From an uncultured Candidatus Saccharibacteria bacterium (GTDB taxonomy: Bacteria; Patescibacteriota; Minisyncoccia; Phycocordibacterales; UBA9973), in the NCBI GenBank assembly GCA_964426555.1, contig CAYRQJ010000002.1:114837-161389 (forward strand): a DNA stretch of 46,553 bases. Reading direction: 5' to 3'. Of this stretch, positions 33,410 to 42,799 are shown piece after piece. A program made the translations under genes and the position numbers. Position 1 is the stretch's first letter, and each line of letters starts with the position of its first letter. A model generated the notes under the pieces. That model was not told the origin of the DNA. It did not search any database and saw only the letters and a program-made list of their open reading frames with translations.

Positions 33410-33886
33410 CTATTTTAAATGTTTATGAATTGTGCTTAAAAAAATATCCGGATTTTTTTGTAATTCATTTCTTAATTCATTTACTGAAAACCATTTTACA
33501 TCTACGACTTCATTTTCTTGTATTTTAAAATCATTAAAACCCACTGGTAATTTTAATAAAAATTCCTGAGAGAAATAACTCCATCGACTCTTAACTAATT
33601 CTTTAGTTCCAGATATTGGCTTAATATTTAAAAGACCCAGTTCTTCTTCTGCTTCTTTAATTATATTTTGTTCATAAGTTTCTCCTTCTTCTACTGTGCC
33701 TGCAACTGCTGGACCCCAACATCCAGGATGGTGAGCTTTAGTAAAAGCACGCTGTGCAAGTAAAATATTATTTTCATCATCTGTAACCCACAAATAAGCA
33801 ACTCTATATAAATCACTATCTAAAACATCAGACCTATCTTTATATTCAATAACATTATCATTCTCGTCAACAATTGGCATTCTCAT
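33410..33886 (-). CDS. NUDIX hydrolase
   Basis: Nudix box GTVEEGETYEQNIIKEAEEELGL. Confidence 0.85.
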   Translation of the reverse strand: MRMPIVDENDNVIEYKDRSDVLDSDLYRVAYLWVTDDENNILLAQRAFTKAHHPGCWGPAVAGTVEEGETYEQNIIKEAEEELGLLNIKPISGTKELVKSRWSYFSQEFLLKLPVGFNDFKIQENEVVDVKWFSVNELRNELQKNPDIFLSTIHKHLK

Positions 33887-33904
33887 AAATTTATTATATC
33901 ATTT

Positions 33905-35668
33905 TTATTCTTCTATAAATCCGCCGGTTTGGTGGTTCCAAAGTTCGGCATAAATTCCATCTTTATCCAACAATTCTTTATGTGTCCCAGATTCTGCGAT
34001 AGAACCATCTTCTATTACTACAATTCTATCCATTTTTTGAATAGTCGAAAGACGATGCGCAATAACAATAGTGGTTTTATTTTTCATTAACTTTACAAAG
34101 GCGCGTTGAATATAATCTTCACTAACACTGTCCAGTGAACTGGTAGCTTCATCCAGTACCAATACAGGCGCATCTTTAAGCATTGCTCGCGCAATTGCTA
34201 CACGCTGTCTTTCTCCGCCAGACAATTTTACTCCACGCTCGCCAACCAACGTGTCGTAACCATTAGGTAGTTTTACTATAAAGTCATGAGCAAAAGCAGA
34301 TTTTGCAACGGATATTATTTCTTCATCTGTTGCATTGGGTTTACTGTAGCTAATATTTTCTTTAATTGTTCTGTGAAATAAAATTGGTTCTTGTGGTACA
34401 TAAGATATTGCAGACCGTAAATCATCCTGTGTAATATTTTTTATGTTTTGACCGTCTATGGTTATGTCTCCATTTTGTGCATCGGCAAATCTTAATAACA
34501 ATTTTGTAATTGTAGATTTACCAGCTCCGGAATGACCAACCAGTCCAATATGTTCCCCAGGTGTAATTTCTAAACTAAAATTATTTATTACATCTAACCC
34601 ATTTTTATAAGCAAAGTCCACGTTAGTAAATGAAACTTTTCCATATTTGATTTTTAATTCTTCTGGACTTTCGGGATCTAAAATATCTGGAACCGTATCA
34701 AAAATATCTACTATTTCTTGCATGTCAGTCAAGGCTTTTACGGCTTTGGTCATAGAACGGCCCAAATTCCACAAAATATCAAATAGATTAAAAGTATACA
34801 GTTGCAAAAGTATTATTGTCCCCACAGTAAGTTGGTCTACATACCACAGTTTAATAGCAAAATAAACCATGAGAATTTGTAGGGTTGCCATCATTACAGC
34901 CTGTATCATATTTTGGAAATTACCCAAATCCCAAGTTTTTGATCTTTTGATTTGTTCATTTTTTGTAATTTCTGCAAAATTTTCTTTTTCAAACTTTGTA
35001 CTACTAAATATTTTTACATTAAACACATTCATAATTACGTCCGACAATCTTCCTGTAACTCCGGAATCGGCTTCTGCTTCTTGTAAATCGTATTTAATTC
35101 TGTATCTTATAAACAATATAGAAACAAAAATATAAATTATAGCCCAAGCTAAAAATAACCACCCCATAGTAGGTAGCTGAATAAATAACATTGTTAAAAT
35201 TCCAACCAAAGTAACTAATACAAAAAATATTTGAAAACTTAAAATATCAAAAAAAGTTTCAAAAGATTTTGTAAATCGTTTTGTTTTTGCAATTAAACTA
35301 CCCGAGAAATTGTTAGAGAAAAAGTTATAAGAATGCTGTAATAGTTTGTTAAATGAAAAATCATACAATCTTTTCATTACACGACTTTCCACATGAGACG
35401 TGGCATAGTCCCCGGTTCGGTAGCCAATATTGTGAATTATTGTTATTACAACTAGATAAACCAATGTAGTCATAGAACTAACTAATACAACATCTTTGGG
35501 TAAACCTGAAGAAAATCCATCTACTAATTCTTTAAATAAATACGGTTTTAATATTGAATCAAAAACAATACCCACGGTATAACCAACAAAAATTAAGATA
35601 AAAGCCAGCCAGCTTTTTTTAACTTGTGGCCATAGGTAAAATAAAATTCTTTTAAAGTTTACGTTCAT
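33905..35668 (-). CDS. ABC exporter, fused permease/ATPase (MsbA-like)
   Basis: 587 aa; 6 TM segments plus GHSGAGKST, LSGGERQRVAIARA and LVLDEATS. Confidence 0.9.
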   Translation of the reverse strand: MNVNFKRILFYLWPQVKKSWLAFILIFVGYTVGIVFDSILKPYLFKELVDGFSSGLPKDVVLVSSMTTLVYLVVITIIHNIGYRTGDYATSHVESRVMKRLYDFSFNKLLQHSYNFFSNNFSGSLIAKTKRFTKSFETFFDILSFQIFFVLVTLVGILTMLFIQLPTMGWLFLAWAIIYIFVSILFIRYRIKYDLQEAEADSGVTGRLSDVIMNVFNVKIFSSTKFEKENFAEITKNEQIKRSKTWDLGNFQNMIQAVMMATLQILMVYFAIKLWYVDQLTVGTIILLQLYTFNLFDILWNLGRSMTKAVKALTDMQEIVDIFDTVPDILDPESPEELKIKYGKVSFTNVDFAYKNGLDVINNFSLEITPGEHIGLVGHSGAGKSTITKLLLRFADAQNGDITIDGQNIKNITQDDLRSAISYVPQEPILFHRTIKENISYSKPNATDEEIISVAKSAFAHDFIVKLPNGYDTLVGERGVKLSGGERQRVAIARAMLKDAPVLVLDEATSSLDSVSEDYIQRAFVKLMKNKTTIVIAHRLSTIQKMDRIVVIEDGSIAESGTHKELLDKDGIYAELWNHQTGGFIEE

Positions 35669-36240
35669 ATATTACTTTTTCTTTTTACACTATAAATAAT
35701 TACTACATTTACTAAAAGTAAATAAATTGGGAAACCATATGAAGCAAAAGTTGTGTCTCTCATTGTAAGAAAAGCAAGTCCAGAATTTATTAACCCACAT
35801 ACATAAGGCGTAATATTTTCAGTGGTTGGATATTTCCAAGATTTTACTATGGTTGGGACACCAGCAAATAAATCAGCAGCAATAGCAAAATATAAACTAA
35901 CAACAGGATCTTTTACTAAAACCCAATATACAATAGCAGCTACAGAAAATAATCCGCAAAGCAAATCAAATGTTGTAATTTTCCAATATGACTTTTTATT
36001 CCAAAAAGACGCAATTACTACCAGTAGTGGTGTAAACCCAGCCATAAATGTAGTAAACACCGAAAGCCCTGCCCCACCCCGATGCATCATAAATACTCCA
36101 ATAAATGGTGCAATAGTCCACAAAATCCAAGATATTCTATTTGGCTTTGTGTTGCCCTTTATTGTGCTTTTAATATAGCCATATGCTCCATATAGCCCGA
36201 TTGGTAAAGTAAGTAATGCAAACTGTTCCGGTAAAATCAT
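35665..36240 (-). CDS. integral membrane protein, unknown function
   Basis: 191 aa with about 6 TM segments. Its TGA stop overlaps the ABC gene ATG (ATGA). Confidence 0.6.
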   Translation of the reverse strand: MILPEQFALLTLPIGLYGAYGYIKSTIKGNTKPNRISWILWTIAPFIGVFMMHRGGAGLSVFTTFMAGFTPLLVVIASFWNKKSYWKITTFDLLCGLFSVAAIVYWVLVKDPVVSLYFAIAADLFAGVPTIVKSWKYPTTENITPYVCGLINSGLAFLTMRDTTFASYGFPIYLLLVNVVIIYSVKRKSNI

Positions 36241-36241
36241 A

Positions 36242-37177
36242 TTAGTTTACTTTATATTTATCGGTACCAGTGTTCAACAAATTTATTATTGAATCTGTGG
36301 CCATATCACTGGCTATTTTATTTGCTTCATAAGTATTATATGCAGTATGGGAATTTGAATTGAACCAATTTTTTAATGGCAAATTTTTAAATCTTTCGTC
36401 CCCAATTTCTCCATCATGTGCGCAAGAAATTCTTCCGGATTCTAATTCAGGATATAGTGCATCAAAATCAATTGCTTTTTCAAAAGAACAATTAACCAAT
36501 AATACCCCATCTTTCATTTTAGAAATATAATCTTTGTTAAAATATTTTTCTCCAGCTTCTTTAGAAGCATGTAGTGTAACAATATCTGAATTTCTTAGTA
36601 ATTCATCTATTTGTACATATTTTAACCCAAGTTCTTTTTCTAAATTTTCTTTTCTAGTTCTGGAAAAATATAATATTTCTTTAACCCCAAATGTATTTAG
36701 AATTCTAGAAACTTTTTCTCCTATATGACCCATGCCTATAATACCGACAGTGGCACCTTGTAATGATTTTGTTGTTTTAAATTTTTCTGTACCTGTTCGT
36801 CCAAGATCAAAAATTTCACGTGTCATTGCAAGCATTAAAGAAATAGTATATTCGGCAACAGCAAAAGAATTAGCTCCAGGACAATTAGCTATAGCAATAT
36901 TTTTTTGTTTAGCTTTTTCGTATCCTGGAATAAAGTTTACCCAGTCTGCCCCAGTAAAACTAATAGCTTCTAAATCCAAAGTTGAATCAATTACGTTTTC
37001 TGTAACTTGCTCTATCCCACCCAAAATATAACCATGTTTACCCTGTAATGCTTTTATTAATTCTTCTTCTGTAGCATTTGGTTTATCTAATCTTTCTATT
37101 TCAAAACCAGCATCTCTTAACTTTTGTTCATGCTCTGGAAAAATAAAAAGTGAATCTGTAATTAAAATAGATTTCAT
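36242..37177 (-). CDS. D-isomer-specific 2-hydroxyacid dehydrogenase family protein
   Basis: NAD-binding motif GIIGMGHIGEKV. Overall PGDH/GyaR-like layout. Confidence 0.8.
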   Translation of the reverse strand: MKSILITDSLFIFPEHEQKLRDAGFEIERLDKPNATEEELIKALQGKHGYILGGIEQVTENVIDSTLDLEAISFTGADWVNFIPGYEKAKQKNIAIANCPGANSFAVAEYTISLMLAMTREIFDLGRTGTEKFKTTKSLQGATVGIIGMGHIGEKVSRILNTFGVKEILYFSRTRKENLEKELGLKYVQIDELLRNSDIVTLHASKEAGEKYFNKDYISKMKDGVLLVNCSFEKAIDFDALYPELESGRISCAHDGEIGDERFKNLPLKNWFNSNSHTAYNTYEANKIASDMATDSIINLLNTGTDKYKVN

Positions 37178-37182
37178 AATGC

Positions 37183-37458
37183 TTACTTACTAAATTTTGT
37201 TAAGACTTTACGGAAGCCGCCTTTTTTATCACCCAGTTCTTTAGCACCTCGGGTAACAGTGGCTACACCTACACCCAGTTTCTCTGCAATGTCGCGTTGG
37301 GCATATCCAGCTTCTAGCATTTTTATAATTTGCCAACGACGAGCTATTTCTTCGTATTCGCCAGTGGTTAAAATATCATCCAAGAAATCGTTCAGCAATG
37401 TTCCACTTGCAGCGACTTTGCGAATCATACTGATTAATTCCTTTTTTTGTTCATCCAT
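37183..37458 (-). CDS. TrpR-family (YerC/YecD-like) DNA-binding protein
   Basis: 91 aa; EYEEIARRWQIIKMLEAGYAQRDIAEKLGVGVATVTRGAKEL is typical of the TrpR/YerC family. Confidence 0.8.
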   Translation of the reverse strand: MDEQKKELISMIRKVAASGTLLNDFLDDILTTGEYEEIARRWQIIKMLEAGYAQRDIAEKLGVGVATVTRGAKELGDKKGGFRKVLTKFSK

Positions 37459-37466
37459 CCTCCTAA

Positions 37467-37505
37467 ACTTTTCACTTATAATAATTTCTTATTTTCGTGA
37501 AAAGT
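37467..37505 (-). promoter_or_regulatory. 9-bp inverted repeat just upstream of the TrpR-like gene (candidate operator or 5' hairpin)
   Basis: Minus strand: ACTTTTCAC-N21-GTGAAAAGT followed by TTAGGAGG-ATG. Confidence 0.3.
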
Positions 37506-37574
37506 ATTTTAATTTATAATCTAATTATCTATCTACTATTTTAAAAAAGTTTTGGCGGATACATTCCATCCCAG

Positions 37575-38546
37575 CTATAGTATTCCTACACGACTACGAA
37601 TTTCTAATAATTTTTCTTGTGCAATTTTATTAGCCTTTTCCGCGCCGGCTTTTAAGATACTGTCTACATATTCTGTGTCGGCGGCAATTTGTTTTCTCTT
37701 TTCACGCAGTGGTGCAATAAATTTCTTTACGCTTTCAGCTAACATCATTTTTGCATCTTTATAACCCAGCCCACCAACACGATATTTTTCGGCTAATTCT
37801 TTTATCTCTTCTTCATTTAAGAATAATTTATGGATATTAAAAACATTTGAAGTCTCTGGATCTTTCTTTTCTTCTGGAGCTAATGAATCTGTAACTACAG
37901 ACATACAAAGTTTTTCTATCTCTGCGTCTTCGGCAAAAAGTGGAATAGTATTACCATAAGATTTTGACATTTTTTGACCATCTAACCCTGGAACTACAGC
38001 AACATCTCCCATTATCATTGGCTCGGGTAATTTAAAAGTCTCACCATACGCATTGTTAAATTTAATAGCAACATCACGTGCAAATTCGATATGCTGTTTT
38101 TGGTCTTGACCTACTGGTACAACATCGGCATCTTGAATTAAAATATCTGCAGCCATCAGCATAGGGTAAGTAAACAAACCTGCAGTTGGTTCGATATTGT
38201 TTGCAACTTTGTCTTTGTAAGAATGTGCACGCATTAAATACGGCACAGTAATAAGACAATTAAAATACCAAGCCAATTCTGTAACTTGCGGAGTATGTGA
38301 TTGTAGGAAAATTGTAACTTTTTGTGGATCTAGTCCAACTGCTAAATAATCTATTACTACATCGCGAGTTAGACGCTCTAACAATGTTTTGTCTTGAACT
38401 GTAGTTACACTATGAAAATTTGCAACGAATATTCGGCAGTCATAATTGTCTTGCATGTCTACAAACTGCTTCATAGCACCAAAATAGTTACCAATATGTA
38501 ATGTTCCAGTAGATTGAATACCGGAAAGTAAAATCTTTTTTGTCAT
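37575..38546 (-). CDS. trpS: tryptophan--tRNA ligase
   Basis: Start at the ATG 38544-38546 (MTKKILLSGIQSTGTLHIGNYFGA). KMSKS motif present. Confidence 0.9.
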   Translation of the reverse strand: MTKKILLSGIQSTGTLHIGNYFGAMKQFVDMQDNYDCRIFVANFHSVTTVQDKTLLERLTRDVVIDYLAVGLDPQKVTIFLQSHTPQVTELAWYFNCLITVPYLMRAHSYKDKVANNIEPTAGLFTYPMLMAADILIQDADVVPVGQDQKQHIEFARDVAIKFNNAYGETFKLPEPMIMGDVAVVPGLDGQKMSKSYGNTIPLFAEDAEIEKLCMSVVTDSLAPEEKKDPETSNVFNIHKLFLNEEEIKELAEKYRVGGLGYKDAKMMLAESVKKFIAPLREKRKQIAADTEYVDSILKAGAEKANKIAQEKLLEIRSRVGIL

Positions 38547-38580
38547 AGCTAAATAGTACACCAAAGCCAGTTTTTGGGCA

Positions 38581-38611
38581 AATAAAAAACCACCTCGTTA
38601 TACAAGGTGGT
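38581..38611 (-). terminator. rho-independent terminator
   Basis: Minus strand: ACCACCT-TGTATAACG-AGGTGGT followed by TTTTTTATT. Confidence 0.75.
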
Positions 38612-38636
38612 CATGATTTTAATAAACCATGAAAAC

Positions 38637-38912
38637 TTAAATTTTTTGTACGAAGTACACGCTGGTTTGGGTATTAACGATAAAGTCTTCACCTCTGCTT
38701 TCAATAACTCCTAATACCGTTGTGGTATTAAAAGATGTATTATTTAAAGCAATTGCTTTATCAACTTTCAGGTCTTCTTTTAAATTCCCATAAGAAGTTG
38801 ACCCAACTTTTACATCGCTTGGTTTAAAAGCCAAGACTTTTGTGATTTTTACCATGGTACCTGTAGGCAAGTACACTTTTGGTGTGATGTTGATTTTTAG
38901 ATTTCCTGACAT
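38637..38912 (-). CDS. hypothetical 91-aa protein
   Basis: Open frame followed by a terminator. Beta-rich composition. No family recognised. Confidence 0.5.
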   Translation of the reverse strand: MSGNLKINITPKVYLPTGTMVKITKVLAFKPSDVKVGSTSYGNLKEDLKVDKAIALNNTSFNTTTVLGVIESRGEDFIVNTQTSVYFVQKI

Positions 38913-39055
38913 AATTAAATATTTTAAATTTTTGTAAATATATTATAGCATTTATATAAGAAAAAGTCAATATTTAATCATTCTCCCACAATATCCCCTT
39001 TTATTCCCCAAAATCAAAGGTTTGTAATGCTTACTAATATGTTATATTAAATTAC

Positions 39056-40489
39056 ATGGCAAAATACGAACCCAAAGACTATAAAAACAAACAAAAAAAA
39101 GAACCTGTAAAAGACAGTATGGGTAACCGTATTCCCCCTCAAAGTCTTGATGCTGAACGTGCCGTATTAGGCTCTATAATGCTTCGTATTGAAGCGTTGC
39201 ATGAAGCAACGAACTTTGTAACATCTGACATGTTTTATGCCAACAAGCACGGTATTATATTTGAAGCCATGCTGACTTTGAACAAAAATGGTGAACCCAT
39301 CGACGTACTAACTGTAACTGAAAAATTGCGCGATTTGGGCCAACTGGACAACGTAGGTGGAGCTTTGTATGTAAGTAGCTTAGTAGAAGGTGTACCCAGT
39401 GCTCAACATGCTAACTACTATGCAGAAACTGTTTATAAAAAATCTATGCTACGGTCTTTAATTCAAGCTGGTAGCGACATTGGTGAATTGGGTTACAGTG
39501 AACCCGAAGATGTAACCGAAGTACTAGACAATGCCGAAAAAAGAGTTTTTGAAGTAACTTCAAAACCTGGTGCACAAAAATTTATTCCAATGAGCGCAAT
39601 GATGGACGAAGCATGGACCCGGTTTGAAAAAATGGCCGACAACGAACACGAACTACGCGGAGTTCCATCGGGCTATAAAGATTTAGACAATTTGCTTTCA
39701 GGTTTTCAAAAATCAGATTTGATAATTCTTGCTGCGCGTCCATCTGTTGGTAAAACAACTTTTGCTATGGACATTGCCCGCCATGTTGCCATAAGAGAAA
39801 ACAAACCAGTAGGAGTATTTTCATTGGAAATGTCGTCTCAACAATTGGTAGATAGAATGCTGGCTGCCGAAGCTAGAATTTCATCTTGGCATTTGCGTAC
39901 AGGTAAACTGCATAACGAAAATGATTTTACAGTATTACAAGAAGCATTATCTCGCATGAGTAAAGCCCCACTATTTATCGACGACTTTGCTGGAAACACA
40001 ATTTCTAGAATGCGGTCTGTTGCGCGAAAATTAAAAGCTGAACATGGTTTGGGATTAATTGTAATAGACTACTTGCAGTTAATTATTACATCAAAAAGTT
40101 ACGACAACATGGTAAACCAAGTTACCGAAATTTCTAGATCTTTAAAACAATTAGCAAAGGAACTGGACGTACCAGTTATTGCACTGTCACAATTGTCCCG
40201 TGCGGTGGAACAGCGTGGTGGTAAACCAAGACTATCTGACTTGCGTGATTCTGGAAGTATCGAACAGGACGCCGATGTGGTTATGTTTATTCACCGTGAA
40301 GATAAAGGCCGTGACGAAAGTGAACGAACAAACATTGCCGAAATTCTTATAGAAAAACACCGTAACGGTCCAACAGGAAGAATTGAACTTTACTTTGATG
40401 ACAAAACAACATCATTTTTGCCAATAGACAAAACTGGTAAAGAAGCAGGATCTGTAAATCCACGCGGTGCTGGACTAGAAGGATTTTAA
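39056..40489 (+). CDS. dnaB: replicative DNA helicase
   Basis: 477 aa; PPQSLDAERAVLGSIM N-terminal domain. Walker A ARPSVGKTTF. IALSQLSR and RDSGSIEQDAD motifs. Confidence 0.9.
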   Translation: MAKYEPKDYKNKQKKEPVKDSMGNRIPPQSLDAERAVLGSIMLRIEALHEATNFVTSDMFYANKHGIIFEAMLTLNKNGEPIDVLTVTEKLRDLGQLDNVGGALYVSSLVEGVPSAQHANYYAETVYKKSMLRSLIQAGSDIGELGYSEPEDVTEVLDNAEKRVFEVTSKPGAQKFIPMSAMMDEAWTRFEKMADNEHELRGVPSGYKDLDNLLSGFQKSDLIILAARPSVGKTTFAMDIARHVAIRENKPVGVFSLEMSSQQLVDRMLAAEARISSWHLRTGKLHNENDFTVLQEALSRMSKAPLFIDDFAGNTISRMRSVARKLKAEHGLGLIVIDYLQLIITSKSYDNMVNQVTEISRSLKQLAKELDVPVIALSQLSRAVEQRGGKPRLSDLRDSGSIEQDADVVMFIHREDKGRDESERTNIAEILIEKHRNGPTGRIELYFDDKTTSFLPIDKTGKEAGSVNPRGAGLEGF

Positions 40490-40500
40490 AATAAAAAATT

Positions 40501-41118
40501 ATGCAAAGCTTAGATGTACTAACAAAAATATTAACAAAATTACCGGGTATTGGCCCACGCCAAGCAAAGCGTTTTGCTTATGCGCTAACACGCCAAAACA
40601 GTATGCTAGCCAACGAACTAACTAATGCATTAAATAGTTTAAAAGGTACAGTTTTTTCTTGCCAGCTGTGTGGTGCTACAAGCGTAGGTGTTAGCGATAT
40701 TTGTGACATTTGCAGTAAAGACAATCGTGACCCAAAAATACTGGCATTAGTTGCTAACCAAGAAGATTATGATTCGTTAATAAATATGGAAAACTATCGT
40801 GGCATGCTGGCCATAATTCCATTTCCAGTAAAGATAGAACAAGTCCAAGACATAGATATAATTAGTAAAAGTTATATTCCAAACACAATTAGTTATTGGA
40901 TAAACAAAGGATTAGAAGAAATAATTTTAGCTTTTCCAATTTCACCCGAAGGTGAAATAATGGAATCAACCACACTGGATTTCTTAGAAAATTTAAAGGA
41001 AGAAACAAAACCGACCATAACCAGCTTGGGTCGTGGAATGTCTTTGGGTTCTAGACTTTCCGAATCTGACGACGAAACCATAAAATACGCTCTGCAAACA
41101 CGCAAACGCGCAATCTAA
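40501..41118 (+). CDS. recR: recombination protein RecR
   Basis: LPGIGPRQAKRFAYAL HhH motif. C4 zinc finger CQLCG...CDIC. Toprim region. Confidence 0.85.
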   Translation: MQSLDVLTKILTKLPGIGPRQAKRFAYALTRQNSMLANELTNALNSLKGTVFSCQLCGATSVGVSDICDICSKDNRDPKILALVANQEDYDSLINMENYRGMLAIIPFPVKIEQVQDIDIISKSYIPNTISYWINKGLEEIILAFPISPEGEIMESTTLDFLENLKEETKPTITSLGRGMSLGSRLSESDDETIKYALQTRKRAI

Positions 41119-41137
41119 AACACAAATCCTCTCCCAG

Positions 41138-41200
41138 CCTCTCCTTTATCAAGGAGAGGTGTAGCAAAATCCCCCTTGATAAAGGGGGTATGGGGGATTT
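41138..41200. terminator. pair of GC-rich hairpins between convergent recR and grpE
   Basis: CCTCTCCTT-TATC-AAGGAGAGG (41138-41159) and CCCCCTT-GATA-AAGGGGG (41171-41188), followed by GGGGGATTTTT. Confidence 0.6.
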
Positions 41201-41761
41201 TTAAAATTTAAATACTACAACTTTTGCTGGGCGTAGAACGCTGTCTTTTGTACGGTAACCTTTTTGACTAACGCTAGAAATTTTTCCGTCCATGTTTTCA
41301 TCTTCTGTTTGTACTGTCTCTACTGCATCATGTAAATTATGGTCTACATCGCTCCCTATATTCGGGTTAATAATTTCTACACCATTGTCTTGCAGAAATT
41401 GAATACCTTGCTGGTAAATATATTCCACTCCCATGCGCCAGTTTGCGTCTACATTATTCCAAGCATCGTTGTTAGCCATTGCCATATCAAAAGTATCTAG
41501 CATTTTTATAACGCCACCTGCTCCACGTTCAAACCCAATAGCACGAGACCGCGCAAGGCGAGATTCTTCGTCTTTTTTGTAGTTTAAAAAGTCAGCTCTT
41601 TCTCTTTGCCAATTTAGTAAATATTCTTCTTTTTCTTCTTTTAGTTTTTCTATTTTGTCTTTAGATTTGGCTAATTTAGATTCACCACTAAGACTGTTCC
41701 CGCCCGAATTTTCTTCGTCGGCTACAAATTCTACATCGTCAAAATTCTCATCTTGTGTCAT
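41201..41761 (-). CDS. grpE: nucleotide exchange factor GrpE
   Basis: 186 aa; acidic N-terminus, coiled coil, WQRERADFLNYKKD and C-terminal beta domain GYR..D.VLRPAKV. Confidence 0.85.
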   Translation of the reverse strand: MTQDENFDDVEFVADEENSGGNSLSGESKLAKSKDKIEKLKEEKEEYLLNWQRERADFLNYKKDEESRLARSRAIGFERGAGGVIKMLDTFDMAMANNDAWNNVDANWRMGVEYIYQQGIQFLQDNGVEIINPNIGSDVDHNLHDAVETVQTEDENMDGKISSVSQKGYRTKDSVLRPAKVVVFKF

Positions 41762-41877
41762 CCCGTTAGAAGCAGGTCGCGATCTATTTTTTATAGAGCG
41801 TTTCCGTACTTGATTAATATACTACTAAATCTGTAATTCGCCCGTTATTGAATACCGTGACCGCGGCTTCTAACGGG
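41762..41877. repeat. palindromic intergenic element, long copy 3
   Basis: CCCGTTAGAAGC-AGGTCGCGATC ... GTGACCGCG-GCTTCTAACGGG. Interior unrelated to copies 1 and 2. Abuts the grpE ATG at 41761. Confidence 0.75.
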
Positions 41878-41971
41878 ACATATACTGCTATTATACTGAT
41901 TTTTGATAAAAAGAAAACCGCCACAACAACCTCTCTCTTATCTCTCCTGACCAGGAGAGAAGATTAAAGAT

Positions 41972-41998
41972 AAAAGCCATGCTTTCGCATGGCTTTTT
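41972..41998. terminator. bidirectional hairpin terminator downstream of rpsI
   Basis: AAAAGCCATGC-TTTC-GCATGGCTTTTT. Confidence 0.75.
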
Positions 41999-42019
41999 GA
42001 ATCTGTCTCTAAAAGATAC

Positions 42020-42424
42020 CTATCTTTTAGACCATTGTGGAGATTTACGAGCTTTCTTAAGACCGAACTTACGTCTTTCTTTAGCACGAGGATCTCTTTT
42101 TAGGAAACCAAGTTTCTTCACTGAAGATTTTAGTTCATCGTTCATTCCTGCTAATATACGAGCTATACCATGACGTACTGCTTCAGCTTGAGCATGAATA
42201 CCACCACCTTTTGTAGTTACAACAATGTCATACTTTTCAGTAGTCTTTGTTTTGTTTATAGGATCGTGGATGATTTTTTGTAAATCTTCTGTTGGGAAAT
42301 AGTCACTACTTTTTTTGTCATTCACTGTGAATGTATTTGTACCATTTTCAAAAACTTTTACAACTGCAGTAGCTGTTTTACGACGTCCAATGGCACGAAT
42401 ATATGTTTTATCTGTTTTAGTCAT
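42020..42424 (-). CDS. rpsI: 30S ribosomal protein S9
   Basis: GGGIHAQAEAVRHGIARIL ... RDPRAKERRKFGLKKARKSPQWSKR. Confidence 0.95.
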   Translation of the reverse strand: MTKTDKTYIRAIGRRKTATAVVKVFENGTNTFTVNDKKSSDYFPTEDLQKIIHDPINKTKTTEKYDIVVTTKGGGIHAQAEAVRHGIARILAGMNDELKSSVKKLGFLKRDPRAKERRKFGLKKARKSPQWSKR

Positions 42425-42425
42425 A

Positions 42426-42797
42426 TTATTCTTTAATCGTTAATTTCTTCATCATTAATGGTCGAAGACGGTTAGACGGTAGCATACCATATACTGCAAG
42501 ACGGATTAATTCAGCGTAACCTTTTTTTTCAATAATGCGAGCATTACTTTTATAAGTTAGACCACCTGGATATCCAGAATATTTTTCATGCATTGTTTCC
42601 AATTTTCTTTTTTCTGTCATTTTGATAGCAGATGCATTGATTACAGTTACAGAATTACCACTGTGAATATGTTTTTCGTAGCCTGGAGTATTTTTACCCA
42701 TTAGCAGTGTTGCCACAGCTGAAGAAAGACGACCCAAGACCATACCAGTGGCATCGATTGTGTGACTTTCTTTTTCTTTAATAAATTTCTTTTCCAT
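42426..42797 (-). CDS. rplM: 50S ribosomal protein L13
   Basis: IDATGMVLGRLSSAVATLLMGK ... YSGYPGG. Confidence 0.95.
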   Translation of the reverse strand: MEKKFIKEKESHTIDATGMVLGRLSSAVATLLMGKNTPGYEKHIHSGNSVTVINASAIKMTEKRKLETMHEKYSGYPGGLTYKSNARIIEKKGYAELIRLAVYGMLPSNRLRPLMMKKLTIKE

Positions 42798-42799
42798 AA

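Noticed and set aside
41762-41877. CIRCE (HrcA operator) upstream of grpE, because the arms contain TTAG...CTAA
   Set aside because: CIRCE is TTAGCACTC-N9-GAGTGCTAA. Here the arms are CGTTAGAAGC/GCTTCTAACG, separated by ~90 nt. The same element also precedes scpA and a DHH gene, which are not heat-shock genes.
21976-41877. The palindromic elements as a CRISPR array or as attC/integron sites
   Set aside because: The copies are 8-10 kb apart, each is an inverted (not direct) repeat, there is no regular repeat-spacer periodicity, and there is no cas or integrase gene.
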